Source of the DNA: the human T2T-CHM13v2.0 reference genome, Homo sapiens
Assembly: GCF_009914755.1 (NCBI RefSeq)
Contig: NC_060925.1
DNA length: 64,000 nt
Direction: 5' to 3' (one strand)
Numbering within the stretch: the stretch's first letter is position 1; each line of letters opens with the position of its first letter. The notes beneath the pieces are model-generated. The model did not search any database, was not told the DNA's origin, and was given only the letters and a program-made list of their open reading frames with translations. Position numbers and translations under genes: made by a program. Shown here piece after piece: positions 12,210-27,580 of this stretch.

Positions 12210-12361
12210 CCATATATCAACTATAACTCTATAAAAATTTTATACACATAGTGCTTCTGGGATGATAATCTTTTGAATAGTTTATTGAGCATTGTTTTTT
12301 CTAATTATGGAATTGTCCACAGATTCTCTGAGATTCAAAAATCGATTACATATTTAATTGA

Positions 12362-12675
<314 letters not shown>

Positions 12676-12744
12676 TGAAATTTAAATTACATTTAAATGT
12701 AAATGTTTAAAATGTATTATTTTAAGAATGTTTTGTTTTATCAA

Positions 12745-13103
12745 TGTGTCTTAGTTTACTTCATGTGGTTATAACAAACTACCTGAGACTGGATGATTTA
12801 TAAAGAACAGAAGGTTATTTTTCAGTTTTGGAGTCTGAAAACTCCAAGTACAAGGCACCAATATCTGGTGTTTGGTGAGAGCCTTCTTGCTGTATTATCT
12901 TTATATGGTGGAAGGTGGAAGGGCAAGTGGGGACAAACCTTGTGTCCTCATATGGCCAAAGAGCAAAAGAGACAAAGAATCCACTCCCCTTTTTATAGCA
13001 GCATTAATTTATTTATGATGGCAGGGAACTCATGACCTGTTTACCTCACAAAAGGCCCCACCTCCCAATACTGTTGCATTGGGGATTAAGTTTCCAACAA
13101 ACA
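12745..13103 (-). mobile_element. MST/MLT1A-type MaLR LTR
   Basis: TGTCTTAGTT..ATAACAAA.TACCTGAGACTGG..GGCCCCACCTCCCAATACTGTTGCATTGGGGATTAAGTTTC; terminal ~35 bp missing. Confidence 0.8.
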
Positions 13104-14735
13104 ATTTTTTTTTTAATTATCGCTTTTATTCAGTCTCAGCTCTAAGAATATCACTACCCTGTTATTATATTGGGGAGTCCCTCGTTTCCTAGATCATGAC
13201 TTTCTTTTTCTTTAGATTTATAATAGGGTTAAGTTTGAAGCTTTAATATCTAATGTGGTGTTTTTCTTTAAACAGAGACTTGGCTGTAACAATCCTTCTA
13301 TTCGAGGTAATAGGCCATGTTTCCTGACCTCCTTTTACTAATGATTCCACACTTATATGGTCCCAGCTTATGTGAGCTTGAAGCATGCCATCTTCCCTGA
13401 ATAAGTTTTAAAACCCAAATGTTTCACTCTTCGCCTATTTCTAGGCTCGGGTTTCATCTGAAATAACACATTTGCCATTATAACATGGTACTAATACAAT
13501 GAAAATATAGAGAAGATGGTCATTTATACAAGAACTGGCTTCCTTCAATTCAAAATTAAGCTCTAATTGCTTTAAACATTTGTGTGTGTGTTTTTGTGGA
13601 CTATATTTCTAGCAGATTCCATAGATCTTCCTTTTGATATTTTATTTTTCTGGGGCTTTTTTTTTCGACTTTAATTAAAAAATTCTATCCAAACTCAATC
13701 TACGAGGAAATTTTGATTAATTTAAAACTTGTGCGGAAACAATGTGATTAGGGACCTACACAGTTTATAAATAGCTCTCAGTTCCCTCCCACACAGCACA
13801 ACATAAACCAGAATATCATTTTGACTTTGATATATAGTTTGATATTTCATCTAAGAATATTAAAACTTCACTTTTCCCAAAATTCAAATGTGGAAAGACA
13901 CAAAATGTGTTTATATATCATATGGGCAGAATTCAACTTACATCAATTTACACTTATGGCACTAAGCAAGTTACATGTATATTATCAACTTTCATCACGT
14001 CAGTCAGTCTGAAGATTCTTTTTTCTGTGGGGAGGATTTTCTAAGGTCCTTTCTCCTTTAATCATATTCTCAATTCTAGGACAGTACTGTTATAAATTCA
14101 AAATGTAAGTTCATAGAAAAAGAAAATAGTGAAGTTAAGCTGAAGCATGGTAAGAGGGCAATGATAAGCAAGTTTCCTATCTAAAAGAGGAAGTCCAGTG
14201 ATTATAAAGAATGTTTGCATTTCATTTTATTCAGTTGTATTAGAGAAACATCCCACAATCACAATACTTTATTTTGCAAGTTTCCATTCAACTGTGTATG
14301 TTTAAATATGCTTTATTATAATATTTTCATAAAATTTATCATGTATGTTAACTAAAATTGCTTTTATTTTACTCTCTTACTAGAATGCTAGTTTCATGAG
14401 TTAATGAATTTAGCTTATTCAACACTACTATGAACACTAATAAAATTACCTGGTATTATTATATCAAGAATATTTGCTAAGGCAGTGAACAAATGAATGT
14501 ACAAGTTAACATTTTAATCCTTTCTGAGAGCATTCTAAAGTGATATTTTAAAAATACATTGAGTAATGGAAGTATCATCGGATGAATATATAGCATTCTA
14601 TGAGAAATAAAGGCAGTTTGAAACATTCATTAGAAAGTGCGTGTGTGTGTGTATGTATAATATACATACACACATACATATATACATGTGTATTTATATA
14701 TACATAAACACATATACATATTACAGATTATATAT

Positions 14736-15080
14736 TATATTAGTTTATTTGCACTACTACATAAATTGTCATAGACCGGGGAACTTACAAGCAACAGAAA
14801 TTTAATTCTCACTTCTGGGGAATAGAAAGTCCTGGACCAAGGTACTGGTGTCTGGGAGACTCTGTTCTTCATAGATGGCCGCTTCTAGCTCTGATCTCAC
14901 CTGGAAGAAGCAGATAGCTAGCACTCTGGGGTCTCGTTTTTAAGGGCACTAATCCCATTAATTGGTGCTCTATCCTCATGACTCAATCTCTTCTTCAAAG
15001 CCCCACCTTCTAATAGCATTATCTTTGGCATTAGCATTTCAGCATTTAAATGCTGGGACACAAACATTCAGACCATAGCA
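14736..15080 (-). mobile_element. MLT1A-type MaLR solo LTR
   Basis: AAGGGCACTAATCCCATT..ACAAACATTCAGACCATAGCA end; approximate TSD TATAT/TATAC. Confidence 0.85.
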
Positions 15081-16948
15081 TATACGTACATACATTAATG
15101 TGTGTGTGTATGTGGAGAGACAGAACAGGAAAGAGGGAGGGAGGGAGAAAGAGAGAGAGAGAGAACAAGAGCAAGGGAGAGAAGAGACAGAGACACATAG
15201 AAACAGATAATAAAAGAAACTTTAAAACTCATATTACAGAATATATATGTCTATGTTCATAGTTGTGTGTATGCACACATACATTACCTATGTATTGAAT
15301 GTATTGAACAGTTACTAAACCTTTCTGTAAACATTTTATTAGCATTAGATAATTTTTCTCTTTCCCTCCAAACACTTTTTTTTTATGATGCTGTTGGAGT
15401 GCTCATGGGCATTTTTGGAATCAGTTACAGGAAGCAGACAACTTTTTTTTAACTTTGTGTGCAAAGATACCTCCATTCATACTGAAGATGTTCCTGGTCA
15501 TCCCCAGAGAAAATACCATGCAGGAGAATAACATTCTGCTGCTCACCAAATTGACTCACCTTGCACAGTGACCCAAGGTTGCAACATCAGATTCTATGTA
15601 ATGGAAACAAGTCTTCAGGTCTCTGACAATTAAGATACAGGGAGGGTAGAAAAGAATCAAAATATTTAATGCATGAAGCCAGAGACCAGCTACGGAAATT
15701 TTTCAAATCATTATATTGTATGTATAAAATGATTCACCGGAGATTTAATTCTATCAATGCCTAGCAAAAATGAAGGTCTCATCCATCAAAACACACTGGA
15801 TAATGCAGTATTTATAACTATATGGGCCTCGTAGATATGTGGGGAGTTTCTAGTGAATTTTCACAAAATATACTTTGCTCATGGGACACAAGTCTTGTAC
15901 AATACTTCAAATAATAAGATGACTGTATGTGAAATCTCATTTCACAAATCCCCAAATACAGACCTGAACATTAGCATATTTGACTCACCAATTCTCTTGA
16001 CAGAATCCTGTAGTTCCAATGTATGGCATACTAAATTACCACAGATGCTGTGAAATTGTCCATAAAACATTATCAATATTAAAATCTCAATACTTATTTA
16101 TCAATAGATCAGGGTATATTATATAAAAAGAATTTTGTTCCATAGTTCAGTACAGAGTGGTGGAAATTTTAAAGGATCTAGATTACATATTAATATTAAT
16201 TTTTATGTGTTTCACAATTATAATCATGCCAAAATGTGAATGCGATAGAAAGGAATTGTCTACGCAGAAGGTAAAAGCATAAACAAAAATACCCAGAATT
16301 ATAAAATATCAAGTCTCTTTTTCAGCATTATACTGCAACTAAAATTTCTCATGGGTCAAGCTCATAAAAGTAAGAAAAATCATCCTTATAGCCCATAAAT
16401 TATAGTTAATAAAATGATAATTGGCCAAAAAACTAGCAATTAGGACACACTCAAACTAAAAAATTGTAAGCAGAAGGAAAATAAAATTAATACAAAAATA
16501 TCACTAGACTCATTAACAGAGTATAGATGAAGGTCATCAGCAATTTAATTATGTGAATTCATTAAGAACTACAATTGTTTTGTTATGACCTCTTATGAGC
16601 AATGATTTTATATAAAGTTTTTTTAATGCTATTGCAGTTATATTTACAGAGAACCAAAACAAACATAATAAAACAAGCAGATATGTCTAAACAGATGGTT
16701 TTAAATAAAAACAGTCAAACTTAGATATTGCTAGCATTCTTTTTCACAACCAAAGTTTGAATATATTCTTTGATTTTTATTTCCAAGAAGAAATACATTA
16801 CATCTGATAGAGTTACAAACTGGATAAATATATGGAAAATCCCAAAATATTTGAAGATGCCACAGAGCAAAATAAGACTATTTTTATTTTATGTATATTA
16901 TATAGAAGAATATTTGTGTTATCCTAAGCTTTTAAAATTTCTATTTTA

Positions 16949-17248
16949 TGCCGGGCATGGTGGCTCACGCCTGTAATCCCAGCACTTTGGGAGGCGGAGG
17001 CGGGTGGATCACAAGGTCAGGAGTTGAAGACCAGCCTGGCCAAGATGGTGAAACCCCGTCTCTACTAAAAATACAAAACTTAGCCGGGCGTGATGGCGGG
17101 CGCCTGTAATCCCAGCCATTGGGTGGGCTGATACAGAGAATTGCGTGAACCCGGGAGGTGAGGGTTACAGTGAGCCAAGACAGCACCACTGCACTCCAGC
17201 CTGGGCAACAGAGCAAGACTCCATCTAAACTATATATATATATATATA
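16949..17248 (+). mobile_element. Alu (AluS) with (TA)n-converted tail
   Basis: Dimeric Alu followed by (TA)n. Confidence 0.95.
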
Positions 17249-17469
17249 ACAAAATATTCACTTTCTTTTATAATTTGTATTTGTTTTTTGTTTTTTTTTT
17301 TTTTTTTTTTTTTTTTACAATTTTCAAGAGGACTGTTCTCAAGCTAAGTATCTGTTACCTCTCCTTAAACCTGCAGCTGCCCTTTGGAAGCTCTTTCCAT
17401 GCTATCCTTGTTGACTCCAGTCATGCTAGTTGTCTTGCATTCCCTCAAACAGGATAACCACATTTCCAC

Positions 17470-18133
<664 letters not shown>

Positions 18134-18907
18134 GCATTATTATTATTATTAATAATAAAATTTAAAGATAGAACAATTTATAATCTATGAAGATGGTAAG
18201 TGGTAGAGTTAAAATTCACAGAGAGATGTTTTTGGACTCAGAAGATCAGTTTTTTTATTTTTTGATGCAAAACCAAACATCTTTTTATCTGTAAAATGTC
18301 CTTAAATGGTCACAAGTTTGAAAAGCAAAATACATGTGATTGCTAAATTGTTAAAGCTTGACATGTAATGCTTTAGGGATTAACAGTGAAATAAAGTATC
18401 AAAAGATGAGAAAGTAATTGTTAATGAAAATCGGTTTAGGCTTTTCAAGGGAAAGCATGAAATTGTAATGTAACATGGGGCATTTGTTAAAAACAACCTG
18501 CAGAAAAAGCTACTTTTTAAAAGCATCTTGATTTACAAAAAACACTATTAAAAGGGCACAATAGATGTAATGTCAAAATAAATACACAATTCATCAAAGG
18601 GGAAATACAGTGAGAAAATTAATATATGGGAAAGTAATTTAATATATAATAAATACTTATATATTAATTAAAGAAATGTAAGATTACAATTGTAAATAAA
18701 ATGTTTTATCTCTTATATTAGCAAATCGTCATCTAGAACTTAAAAAGTATGTACTCATTGTCTTCATGTTCATGTACAGGGAAAAGCCATGCCAGTTAAC
18801 TATCTTTGATCTAGTTTGATCTAATTAATGGAATAAATCAACAATGATAATTATTAATGCAGAAGTGGTACAGATTTATGCACATTTTAAGAAATAGTAC
18901 ATTATTA

Positions 18908-19201
<294 letters not shown>

Positions 19202-19229
19202 TTACCATGTTAAAAATTTAACAAAGTTA

Positions 19230-21205
19230 TTGTATAATTGACTGAATGCTCCTGAAACTACAAGTTGCAAAATTTGTTTCAAATTAATTTTAGTGCTCCG
19301 AGATGTTTGATATGAAGCAAAAGCAAATACTTTCTGGGAAAACTCCAGTTCAACCTAGCCTTTGAAGTCTCCCAGATAATATTTCTGTTAAAAATAAGCT
19401 AACAATCCAAAATAAAAAAAAAAAATCACATCTAAATAATGCACTGTTTATGACAGTCAGTAGAACAATAGACAGACACATCAAACAAAAAATTTAGATC
19501 TTGAAATTATCAGATGCAAAAAAATGAAAAGGAAATTTTAAAAAAGGAGACAAAAACTGTCAAATAGTTTTGGAAAAATAAAATATCTGGAAATTACATA
19601 TGTGTGTGTTCGTGTGCTTAAACAAAACTAAATTAAAGCAGCAATCAATATTTTAGAAATTGAACTATGTACATATCCTTTAGAATAATATTAAAATCAT
19701 TAAGTAGGAATAAATGTTATACAAATACTTAAGACTGCTATATGGAAAACAATATTATTGAATAGTATTGGAGAAGAAATATCAATGGAAGGATATACCA
19801 TATACTTGGATTTAAAAACAAAATATTTAAAGTGTCATGTTATTTTTCCCCAAATTAGTTAATTGATTCAGGGAAAACAAAAGAAAATATATAACAGATA
19901 AATTAACAAATTGATTCTAAAATGTAAAAAGAATTGCAAAAATCCAATGATAGTCCTAACACTTTTGAAAAGTAAATTAAGTTGAAGTTACTCTGTAAGG
20001 TTTGAAGACTACAAATATACAGTCTTTAAGATAATATAATACTGAGCTTAGCTCAGTATTATGTAAGGTTGGAAAGTATGAAGTGAATGAAATAGAATAT
20101 TTAAAAAGAGACCCACACATATTTAATTTACTTGATCTAAGTGAAAGATGTCACTAAAACCAATGAAGAAAGATGATCTCTTTGAAAAATGATTAACGAT
20201 AAATTGCATACCCATATTTGTAAATATTCCAGGTTGACTGTAGATATAAGCATGGAACATAAAACCAACAAGGCCCCTAAAAGTAAAATTAAGAACTTAC
20301 GCTTCTGAAATGGAATCAATAAGAGCATGAGAATAATAAAAGGATATTTGCAACATGTATAAAGGACAATAGACTTCAATAAAAATAATACTAAAAAATG
20401 TACACACATGCAACAAAAATATTGGCAAAAGAACTAAAAAGATGTTTTGCCAAAGAGGATATCCAAATAATTAATAGATACATAAAATGGGCCTTAGTGT
20501 TATAATCAAGGAAATGTAAATTAAAACTCATGAGACACAACTACATATGAGGCGAAAGAAAAAACACTAAAAAGACTGACTGGTTAGACAAGTGTTCTCA
20601 AGTATATAAAAGCAAAGGAATTCTCAGGAACTGTTAGAAAGAGTGTAAACTGGACAATGACTTCAGAAAAATGTCACTACCGACCTTGGCAATTTCAGTC
20701 CTAGATTTATGCCCCCCAAAGTATCTCCATGTGTGCACCAAAGGGTGAGTATAACAATGTTCATTGCAACATCATCTATTATACAGAAATCCTAGAAACA
20801 AATCCCATCAACAGTAAAAGGGATAGATAAATGATAATTTATTCATATAAGGAAATACTATATGGCAACAAAAAAGTAAAGCACATATACAAACTAAAAT
20901 GTGGATAAATTTCATAAGTATTTTAAATAATGAAATTTGACAATTTTTTAAATTTGATTTTTAATAAATTTTATAACTGTTAATACCATTTTATGGTGCA
21001 AAAACTCAGTATAGTAATTAAAGATGTGGAAGAAGGGGATGAGATATATGGGTAAGGGTAGGGCAGGGACTTCTGATTAATGGTGAAGTTATATTTTTTA
21101 AACCTAGATGTTAGTTGAATCTTTTTACTCATTCTGTAATAATTCATAGAGCTGTATACTTTGTATCTTTTTGAAAACTTTTCCTGATGTACATTATACT
21201 TTAAT
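19230..21205 (+). mobile_element. Ancient L1M (L1ME/MD-like) fragments, ORF2 3' part and 3'UTR
   Basis: A-rich degenerate ORF2 motifs (TTGATTCTAAAAT, GACCCACACATAT, AAGAGGATATCCAAATA, ATGTTCATTGCA). Confidence 0.65.
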
Positions 21206-21316
21206 TAGCAGCAATAACAGCAAAGACAGAAAGTATGAAAGGGAACTAGAAATTATGTTTCAATAAATTATCCAGGTGCATCATATACCGGTAAAGAGAT
21301 AAAAATGTGAACAAGA

Positions 21317-22406
21317 GCGTTTTCCCTGCAAAAAGTTATTGCGATGCTTGAGAAGGTGGTAGTCAGTTGGCAAGAGGTCAGGTGAATATGGCAGATAAGG
21401 CAAAACTTTGTAGCCCAATTCATTCAACTTTTGAAGCCTTGGTTGTGCTATGTCTGATTGGCCATTGTCATGGAGAAGATTTGGGCCCTTTCTGTTGACC
21501 AATGCCGACCGCCTGCGATGCAGTTTTCAGTGCATCTTGTTGATTTGCTGAGCATACTTCTCAGACATAAATGTTTCTCTGGGATTCAGAAAGCTGTAGT
21601 GGATCAGACCAGCAGCAGACCACCAAACAATGATCATGACCTTTTTATGGTGCACGTTTGGCTTTAGAAAGTGCTTTAGAAAGTGCTTTGTAGCTTCTTC
21701 TCAGTCCAACCACTGAGCTGGTCATCACCAGTTGTCGTATAAAACCTACCTTTTGTCACAAGTCACGGTCCAATCGAGAAATGGTTTGTTGTTATTGCAT
21801 AGAATAAGAAAAGATGACACTTTAAAACGATGTTTCTTTTGATTTTCACTCAGTTCATGAGGTACCTAGTTATCGAGCTTTTTCCCCTTTCCAATTTGCT
21901 TCAAAGGCCGAACAACCGTAGAATGGTCGACGTTGAGTTTTCAGTAACTTCTCCTGTAGTAGCAAGAGAATCAGCTTAGATGATTGCTCTCAATTGGTCA
22001 TTGTCAACTTGTGATGACTGGCCACTGTGCTTCTCATCTTCAGGATTCTCGTCTCCTTTGCAAAACTTCTTGACCCACAGCTGCACTATACATTCATTAT
22101 AAGTTTCTGGACCAAATACGTTGTTGATGTTTTGAGTTGTTTCCGCTGCTTTGACTCATTTTGAACTTGAATAAGAAAATTGCTCGTATTTGCTTTTTGT
22201 CTAACATCATTTCCATAGTCTAAAATAAAAAAAAAAATAAACAGCTAGTAAAGTCATTAGCAAAAAAAAAAAAAAAAAAACCCATAAAGCAAGAAATGTA
22301 CGTTAAAATGATGTATAACATAACCACATTTATTTAAAAATGTATTCCAACATCAAACGGCAAATTTCAACAATGCAAAAACTGCAATTACTTTTGCACG
22401 AACCTT
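21317..22406 (-). mobile_element. Hsmar1 mariner transposon, transposase pseudogene, 3' end and right TIR missing
   Basis: TIR at about 22378-22406; ATG at 22216 (MEMMLDKKQIRAIFL); *VPHEL, VTCDKR*, LLHDN and PYSPDLLPTDYH motifs; 12-bp duplication at 21661-21684. Confidence 0.93.
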
Positions 22407-22640
22407 TTACAAACCAGAACTGGCTGCTTTTTGTGGTCCCTCAGCTATGATGCAAGTGGGGCACATAAAGACAAGATGTTACCTGTCTCGGGCAGCTTTC
22501 CTCAGTGTTGGGGGATTGGCTCAACATAAATCTTAAGCTTTTACTGTCCCTTGCTGCCTATCTATGAGTAATAAATTTGTTTTGCTTAACTTGTAGCATG
22601 AGTGTTTTGTCTCACCAGACTCATGCAAATAGTATAAATA
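22407..22640 (+). mobile_element. 3' half of an old ERVL-class LTR (LTR47/MER54-like; family uncertain)
   Basis: GGTCCCTCAGCT..GCAAGTGGGGCAC..GGGCAGCTTTCCT..TGTCCCTTGCTGCCTATCT..AGTAATAAA..TGTCTCACCAGACTCA. Confidence 0.55.
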
Positions 22641-22769
22641 GTAGCCCAAGATGTCGTGGGCTAAGAAATTACAAACACACACACACCCCTATATATTATA
22701 TATCAGTGTATATTTATAATATTATAGATACTCTATTCAAATGTGTTACAAAATATACAATTTTCCAAT

Positions 22770-23135
22770 AATTTCTTTCACACTGTGGGATTTTGGATAT
22801 TTTCACTTTTTTGGACGGCACCTTTTGAAGCGCACAATTTTAACATTTTAATATAGTTCCATTTATTTGTTGTAGTTGTTGTGCTTTTGGTGTCATATCT
22901 AAGAAACCATTTTTGAACCTAAGGAAATGAAGATTTACTTTTGTGTTTTCTTTTAACAATTTATAGCTTTAACTTTTACGTGTAGATATATCCACTTTGA
23001 ATTATTTTGTGTTTATGTTGTGAGGTATGGGTGCAACATCATTCCTTTAATTGGATATGCATTTGGTCCAGCACTGTTTGCTGAAGAGAGTAGTCTTTCC
23101 CTATTGAATGTTTTTTGTTGAAAATAAATTAACTA
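22770..23135 (-). mobile_element. Old L1M ORF2 fragment
   Basis: GTGCTTTTGGTGTCATATCTAAGAAACCAT and CCAGCACTGTTTGCTGAAGAGA are antisense L1 ORF2 motifs. Confidence 0.75.
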
Positions 23136-26100
23136 TGTATATGTATATATGTTAATAAATCAAATTATATATATATATATATTTGGGTGAATCAATTTCA
23201 TTAACCTTTTATTTTAATATTTCTAGTTCTCATTGTTTCTTTCCTAGAAGACAACTACTCAAAGTATTAAGCAAAATGTGGGAAATGAGAGAATTATTAT
23301 CATAAGAAACCACTTGAAAGTATTTGGAAGAATGGCAATATTTTGTAATTAAATTAAATGTTTATTCCTGCTAATATAAACTCATTTGGACTACTGAAAC
23401 ATTTTATTTTGAAATTAATAGAAACAATTCAAAAAACAAACTGGAGCTTATAGAAAAGTAATAATGAACTTAAAATAACACTTATTTGATCTAATATTCA
23501 CCTACTATTAAAGAAATTATAGACAAATAGAACCTAGGTAATAGTTTTTTTTTTTTTTTACCATATTACCTATAGGTTTCAGTGTGATTTCTTGATGTGT
23601 AATTGTGGATGTATATGATTCAAGTCTGCAATTATGTTGTTTTCTTTTAGAATAATGAAAGTATAATTTTTTATGTTGTATAATTAATTTCATTTACATG
23701 TTCATTTGCTTTTTTTCCAGGAAAGAAGCTATGAACACAAAATATAGACAATATATTTTCAAGTCTAAACCACAGAAACTACACAAAATAAAGATATTTA
23801 TATTTCCAGCATTCTTGTGAAAATTATTAAACTTAGCCAGCACATTTTCTGAATACTGAATTATAGATGCATATATAGTGGTTTGAGACAATAACTTTAA
23901 GATGAATATTATGAATATAGCAGGGCAATAAATCATCAAAAACATTTTAAGTCCTTGTATTACACAGAATAGCTATTGTTTTCCCTCAGCTATATAATTT
24001 TCTGAGTTACTAGCCTCATTAGTCAAGAGGTTTTTAGAACATGCATCAGTCAGTATTTAACACTGCATTTTATCGATGAATGATTCAGATAAAGACCTAA
24101 TAGCATTCTGTACAAGTGTAGTACCAGCAGAGTAATTAAAAATTAAGGTAGTCACAAAAGACACAGGTTCTACCCTGGGAGGGCATAAATACACTTACTG
24201 TTTAAGTTAGAGAGATCATTTGATTAAATCTAATGTGATAACCTTATTGAATAGAAAATTTTAAAACTTAGGAGAGACTGACTGGGGAAGTTTTTATTTA
24301 TAGTGTCTAAACTAGAACTAACATCTGTGTAAGTACCATTAGGCATAGTAGCACTCTTAATGTCAGGTTTTAAATATTTCTAGAACAAATGATCTATAGA
24401 AGTCTCTGTGAGTTCTAGTTTCCTTAAAGCTACAGGTTTATTTAAGTGGCATAATATAATGCTATCCAAACCTATCATTTACAAGACAGTAATGCTTGGT
24501 AGAAGGTATATACCCACTGTTACAAAATCTTCTAAAAATGTAAATTCTATCTACTTAAATTAAAGCTTATCCTCCAGCTCTGCCCCCAATCCTTGAAAAA
24601 TATTACATCTCTATTTTTATACTGAGTACTTTTATATAATCATTTGGTGAAATCTTTACCTGATCATTTTATTATGCTGTCAGACTTTGTGAAATCTTTG
24701 ACTTAATTTTAAATTTCTTTAAATAAATATGAATGCATAAAATGATATTCACAGAGCTTGTGCAGAAGATACATAATTACAATTAAATTAATACGTACCC
24801 AATATCCAGCTCAAGAAATGAAGTATTACAATAAAATTTAGATATTTTTTGTCTCTCTTGATCCTCTTACCTGCTTCTCCCTTCTACAAAGGAAATCGCT
24901 ATTATAAATTGTTTTAATAATTTTCTTCGTTTTCATTATGTATTTACTACCTATGTATTTGTAGTCCCTACATTATTTTCTTGCTTTTAAACCCTGTGGG
25001 TTTATTCTGAACATATCCTTCTGCTACTTGTTTGTTTACTTTAATGGCATTATATTCCTGATAATTACTCAGATTGAGGCACAGAGATATCATCTATTAA
25101 TTTTACTGAAATATAATATTACTTATACATATATATGTACAATTTATTATATGTAATAACTTTATTCCAGTTAATTACTATATTATTCGTAAATTTTAAA
25201 TAGATCAATGCATATTTAATGAGTATAGTGAATAGTTTTCTTAAAATCACACAGTAATATGACTGAAAAAGAGTAATTAGGATTGAAATACAAATATATT
25301 ACACTTTATTCATTCCGTTCCTCATATGATGTGTACTACATATATTGAGCTATACAAATTCTCTCATACATTGTAACATAACATCTTTTTTTTCTGGACA
25401 TCTGCGTGTCCTCTTGCCTGTGCTTGCTTAAGCTATTTTCCAAGACCCATTAAATTTTAGATCTCCTAGTTATCTTATTTTTTATGCACACAATTATACT
25501 TTAATTTTTCAAATTTTGTACTCTTATTTTCAAGCTTGAACATAAGATAATTCATTATTTTGGAGCTGCAAATGTGTTTTATGATAGTAATTAAAAATTT
25601 CCTAGAATTAGTTACTTTTGCTGTACCTCAAATAATACTAGTGACAAAAAAGTTATCGAAACACATTTGTTTGCTGGTTAAATTATATGATAATAATTTA
25701 AATATAATGTATATAACAAATTAATGTTAACAGCAATCTATAAATGATGTATAAGCTGTTATGTGGTGAACATTAGAATTCTCATTGTATGATGTCAAAC
25801 TCTCTAATCTCATAAATCAATAGTATTATATATTTATAACATAGTATTAATTTAGTTAATTTTTTTCTAAATTTATAGTAACGTATCATTATATTGAATG
25901 GAAAGAGCATAAAGCTTAATTTTAAAATGTATTGTATAGTTTCAATTGTTCTTGCTGTGTCTTTGTTTTGGGGTATTTCTTCTATTTTCAGAATTTTTTT
26001 ATGAATGCTCTACTTGTTAATATTTAAATTCTCCATTCTACATCAGGCATATAAAATTCTCACAAATAATAAAGGGAGTAATAACATAGATAAAAAGTTT

Positions 26101-27220
26101 ATCTCACCTTTTCAAGCGTTTTCTTTTTTTATGATATCTACCCCGTCTTTTGATATTTGCCCTGAAGATAATTTTTTTGCTGGTAAATGGTAACTTTTCA
26201 AGAGTCTCTTTAGAATAAACTTTTTCAAAATTGTTTCCCTTTCAAGTTCTCTATGTAGTCTGTAATTGACTGTTTGCTTTGACTTTGGCATTTTGTTTAT
26301 ACTCACACAAAAACGGGAAACCAATAATAATGTTGTTTTCTTTCAGTCTGACAGTTTCACGTATAGACATCCTTTTTTCTTCGTTTCCTTGACTAACACC
26401 GCTTGGGGCCATTCATTTAATCTCAGTTGACTTCTATAATTTCTAGATGTTTTGTGATTTAATTCAACTGTGATAAGTGTTTTGTCACTTTCCATGGAGA
26501 CTTCAATATCACAGTGATTTCTATTTCTATAGTCTCCCTCTACTTATTCTTTATGTTACTACATTTAAAAGAGAGTGATCATATTTTTAGGTAATATTTT
26601 AAATAATTATTTAAGAGGTGACAGAAGAGCTCACCTCCAAGGCATCATTTAGAAAAAAAAAAAGTATTTTTGGCATCACTATGTGACATCATCTTCCAAA
26701 GCTATATTTTCTGCCTGGTCATGGGATGTACTGCTACTTCTTATCACTAATCAGAAAAGCAGAAATTATTGGTCATGATTAGGTATCAAGAAGAATGTGT
26801 TGCTTAGAAACAGAGCTGAGCTCTATCAACTACAAATGTTTTCTATAAGAATTATCTGTGCAACACTGTGGCTTGTTAAGGTAACTGCTATTGCTGAAAT
26901 ACCTATTCATGGAGGTTTCCAAGGATACACTACTACAAACCTTTTCTTAAATTAAGTGGGAGGTAATAAGCATTCAACAAACAGCCTGAAAACCACTGGT
27001 CTCTTTAAAATATCCAACTTCCCTATAAGAAATTATATTCAGTTTGATTTGGGCAATACTGTGTAGGGTGTTTTCTTCAAAGGTACGTTTTTCTTAACAA
27101 TTATCCACTAATTTAAAATTAAGCTTTATGCTCTTTCCATTCAACCCTTAGGAGGGTTAAAGATTGGGGGTGTGAGTGGGGTCAAAGGTCACTATGTAGA
27201 GTGGTCTTAGCCTTCCCAAT

Positions 27221-27580
27221 TGTTAAGTTCGAGCACCAGCTGAAGTCTGAGGGAAGTGGGCAGACAGGGGAAGGAAGCTGGAAGAACACTTGAGAGACAG
27301 CAGGTAGATGAAACATAGCTTTATTCTGGAGCTCTCTCACATTGTCAGCCTTTGTCTCTGCTGCCTCCTCTGGCTGCAGCCCCTCTTAGCAGCCTGCTCT
27401 GCAGCTCCTGCGGCTCCCAAGCTTACAGCTGCACTCCCTGGCGCACTTGCTAGTTCCTGGCTACCACCCCTGCCCGCCTGCCACCCCCTCACCCCCGCAA
27501 ACCCACCAGTGCTTATCTGTAAGATGGACAGCTCTCCCTCACAGGGTTAGCAGTTTCACTCTCTCCCTCTGGGCGCACGC
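27221..27580 (-). mobile_element. LTR18 (HERV-S/HERVL18) partial LTR, U5-R-part of U3
   Basis: Diverged reverse complement of 28478-28811; shared block GGAAGCTGGAAGAACACTTGAGAGACAGCAGGTAGATG. Confidence 0.88.

Noticed and set aside
23530-23580. Imperfect inverted repeat around a T-run, terminator-like
   Set aside because: Eukaryotic AT-rich DNA; short and imperfect, with no functional context.
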